Source: Candidatus Velamenicoccus archaeovorus
GTDB lineage: Bacteria; Omnitrophota; Gorgyraeia; Velamenicoccales; Velamenicoccaceae
NCBI RefSeq assembly: GCF_004102945.1
Contig: NZ_CP019384.1
Coordinates: 750,001 to 782,000 of the forward strand
Length of the DNA: 32,000 bases
Direction: 5' to 3'
Positions 30,426-32,000 of this stretch are shown one piece after another. Both the position numbers and the translations under genes were made by a program. The stretch's first letter is position 1; each line of letters starts with the position of its first letter. The notes beneath the pieces were generated by a model that did not search any database, was not told the origin of the DNA, and worked only from the letters and a program-made list of their open reading frames with translations.

Positions 30426-31247
30426 ATGAAAAGTTGGCGAAGTGTAGAACGATGGGGTGTATTTTTGATCTTGAGTTTTCTGTGGACATCGGAAGTGTCA
30501 GCGGCGATTCCACGAGCGATTAATTACCAAGGGCGCTTGACGGATTCAAGCGGGATTCCTTTAACAGGCGCCTATGATGTTACTTTCAAGATTTATGATG
30601 CGCAAACAGCTGGAAATCTATTGTGGCAGGAGACGCATGCCGGAGTTGTTGTGGACAAGGGGCTGTTTAATGTGATCCTGGGATCTGTTTCTGGTTTGAA
30701 TATTGCCTTTGACAAGCCGTATTATCTTGAGATCAAAGTTGGTAGCGAGGTTATGGTTCCCAGACAACAAGTCACAAGCTCCGGTTATGCCATACGGTCG
30801 GAGATCGCCGATGATTCTGTTAAGTTCTTGGGTAAAGGCTTAGGTGATTTTGTTCTTTCCGGCGATATTACGGCAGTACCGACGGCCAATAAGGCAGTAA
30901 AGCTCGACGGTAATGCGAAACTGCCTACAGCGGCCTTGAAGACATTTGATAGCGGTTGGTTCGTGGTCGTCCGTAACGCAGCTTATCTGAAGACGCATAA
31001 CCTGGGGACAACGAAATGTATCGTCGTCGGTTATCTTGCTGAAAATAGTGATGGCTCCGGCAGATTTGCTTGGGGGCTAGGACAGAACCAGCAGTATGGC
31101 GGCGGCGTTTTTGTTGCCGAGATGACGCCGACGACTGTAACCATACGGACCGATCCAGATCATTTGGGCAGTGTCAGAGACAAAAATGGCAATGCCTGGA
31201 ATCCGACGTCTGGTTACGTAAGAATTATTATGTGGGCACTGGAATAA
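30426..31247 (+). CDS. Secreted protein with tail-fibre-like N-terminal domain
   Basis: The signal peptide is MKSWRSVERWGVFLILSFLWTSEVSA|A. The mature N-terminus INYQGRLTDSSGIPLTGAYDVTFKIYDAQTAGNLLWQE...GLFNVILG matches a domain common at the N-terminus of bacterial proteins annotated as tail-fibre-domain proteins. The C-terminal half is unassigned. Confidence 0.6.
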   Translation: MKSWRSVERWGVFLILSFLWTSEVSAAIPRAINYQGRLTDSSGIPLTGAYDVTFKIYDAQTAGNLLWQETHAGVVVDKGLFNVILGSVSGLNIAFDKPYYLEIKVGSEVMVPRQQVTSSGYAIRSEIADDSVKFLGKGLGDFVLSGDITAVPTANKAVKLDGNAKLPTAALKTFDSGWFVVVRNAAYLKTHNLGTTKCIVVGYLAENSDGSGRFAWGLGQNQQYGGGVFVAEMTPTTVTIRTDPDHLGSVRDKNGNAWNPTSGYVRIIMWALE

Positions 31248-31298
31248 TAGAGAGATAGGTGCTGTTAAAAACAGTTGTATTAACAAGGAGGAAGGAAT

Positions 31299-31568
31299 AT
31301 GTCTTTTGAAATCAAGGTCAATAGGATCCATCGCCTGGATCCGCAAATCAGGAATATCAAGGCATTTGCGGATATCGAAATCAGCGGCGCAATTCTTGTC
31401 AAGGGGTTGCAGGTGTTGGATGGCAGGAATGGTCTGTTTGTTTCTATGCCGCGACAAAAAGGTAAAGATAATAAATGGTATGAAACAGTCAGGACGATGA
31501 CGCCGGAAGCGAAAGATAAAGTGATGTCTGTGGTTTTGGAGGCGTATGAAGCCAAGACGAGCGAATAA
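31299..31568 (+). CDS. spoVG: SpoVG family protein
   Basis: The 89-aa protein has IKAFADIEISGAILVKGLQVLDGRNGLFVSMPRQKGKDNKWYETV, which matches the SpoVG core (KAFAsv.. f.v.dlkVi.GknGlFVaMPsrk). It has a strong RBS, AAGGAGGAAGG. Confidence 0.85.
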   Translation: MSFEIKVNRIHRLDPQIRNIKAFADIEISGAILVKGLQVLDGRNGLFVSMPRQKGKDNKWYETVRTMTPEAKDKVMSVVLEAYEAKTSE

Positions 31569-31688
31569 CTAAGAGAGTTTGAGAGGTGCTCCGTTTAGGT
31601 GTCCGGGATTAACCCCGCAGTGGATGGATTTCTGTAATTTTATGAAGGCGGAGGGTTTGATTCCGTCTGATGCGCGGTTGAGGAGGAT

Positions 31689-31892
31689 ATGGCGATGCAA
31701 ACAGATAAGGCAATGATATTGAAAAGGCTCCAAGGCAGACGAAATGTGCTCAGAGAGAAGCTTAAAAAACATTTTAGTTCGGCTGTTTCTGAGCGGGATT
31801 ATAAGGAGTTTGAAAAGATAGTTGACGAGCTTGATGAGTTAAGAATGAAGATTCGTTTTTTAAAAATGGAGAATGTCGATGATAAAGGGTAG
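31689..31892 (+). CDS. Small hypothetical coiled-coil protein
   Basis: The 67-aa ORF has a strong RBS, GAGGAGGAT, immediately upstream. It is charged and helical-looking, with no recognisable family. Confidence 0.4.
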   Translation: MAMQTDKAMILKRLQGRRNVLREKLKKHFSSAVSERDYKEFEKIVDELDELRMKIRFLKMENVDDKG

Positions 31893-32000
31893 GGTTTTGA
31901 TAAAAAAGCTGGGCCTTGCCGGCGTATTTTTAATCATGATGGGATTTTGGGGGTATTGTTATGTCTACGCCGGTGATTTTGAGCGTCTTGATTCAAGGGG
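31879..32000 (+). CDS. Start of a membrane-anchored or secreted hypothetical protein (3' end outside the window)
   Basis: The ATG at 31879 overlaps the previous ORF's end, and the frame stays open to the window edge. The sequence MIKGRVLIKKLGLAGVFLIMMGFWGYCYVYA looks like a signal or anchor. Only about 40 codons are visible. Confidence 0.3.
   Translation, partial: MIKGRVLIKKLGLAGVFLIMMGFWGYCYVYAGDFERLDSR

Overview
This 32-kb window looks like a contig from an uncultured bacterium. I found no rRNA, tRNA, CRISPR array, transposase or integrase. It has four parts.

(1) 1-7050, + strand: core metabolism genes. These are a LeuC/HacA-type dehydratase large subunit (5'-truncated), an orphan pilT, the LeuD-type small subunit, an isocitrate/isopropylmalate-family dehydrogenase, malate dehydrogenase, dihydrolipoyl dehydrogenase, LipB and a free-standing lipoyl-domain protein. 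The block ends in a clean intrinsic terminator.

(2) 7098-12542, + strand: a tightly packed type II FAS/PKS-like cluster. The gene order is a small HTH protein, a ketosynthase-like protein lacking the Cys-His-His triad, KR, ACP, FabZ-like DH, an active KS and a stand-alone thioester reductase. No enoyl reductase, acyltransferase or thioesterase is present. GC content drops sharply inside the active KS gene near 10.5 kb. It stays low until about 16.7 kb, across two convergent multi-TM histidine kinases (one broken by a T9 frameshift) and an orphan receiver.

(3) 16719-26510: an XRE-cupin regulator is divergent from a Tc/RHS-type polymorphic toxin locus. The locus encodes a secreted SpvB-domain protein, then a 2032-aa secreted protein (Ig/cadherin-like repeats, FG-GAP propeller, TcdB-mid region, more than 20 YD repeats, DPSGH core end). 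That protein carries a low-GC, glycine-zipper-rich C-terminal toxin domain of unknown family. An exported 208-aa immunity candidate is translationally coupled to it.

(4) 26773-32000: a methyltransferase, a radical SAM protein, a CgeB-like glycosyltransferase and a second methyltransferase, then a tail-fibre-like secreted protein, SpoVG and small ORFs.

Other non-coding signals stand out. A bipartite upstream element (TTCCA-N4-TGGAA plus ATAAA(A)TGGAACAA) recurs in front of three operons. A 41-nt RHS-core remnant lies in an intergenic spacer. An unexplained GC-rich hairpin cluster sits next to the regulator gene.
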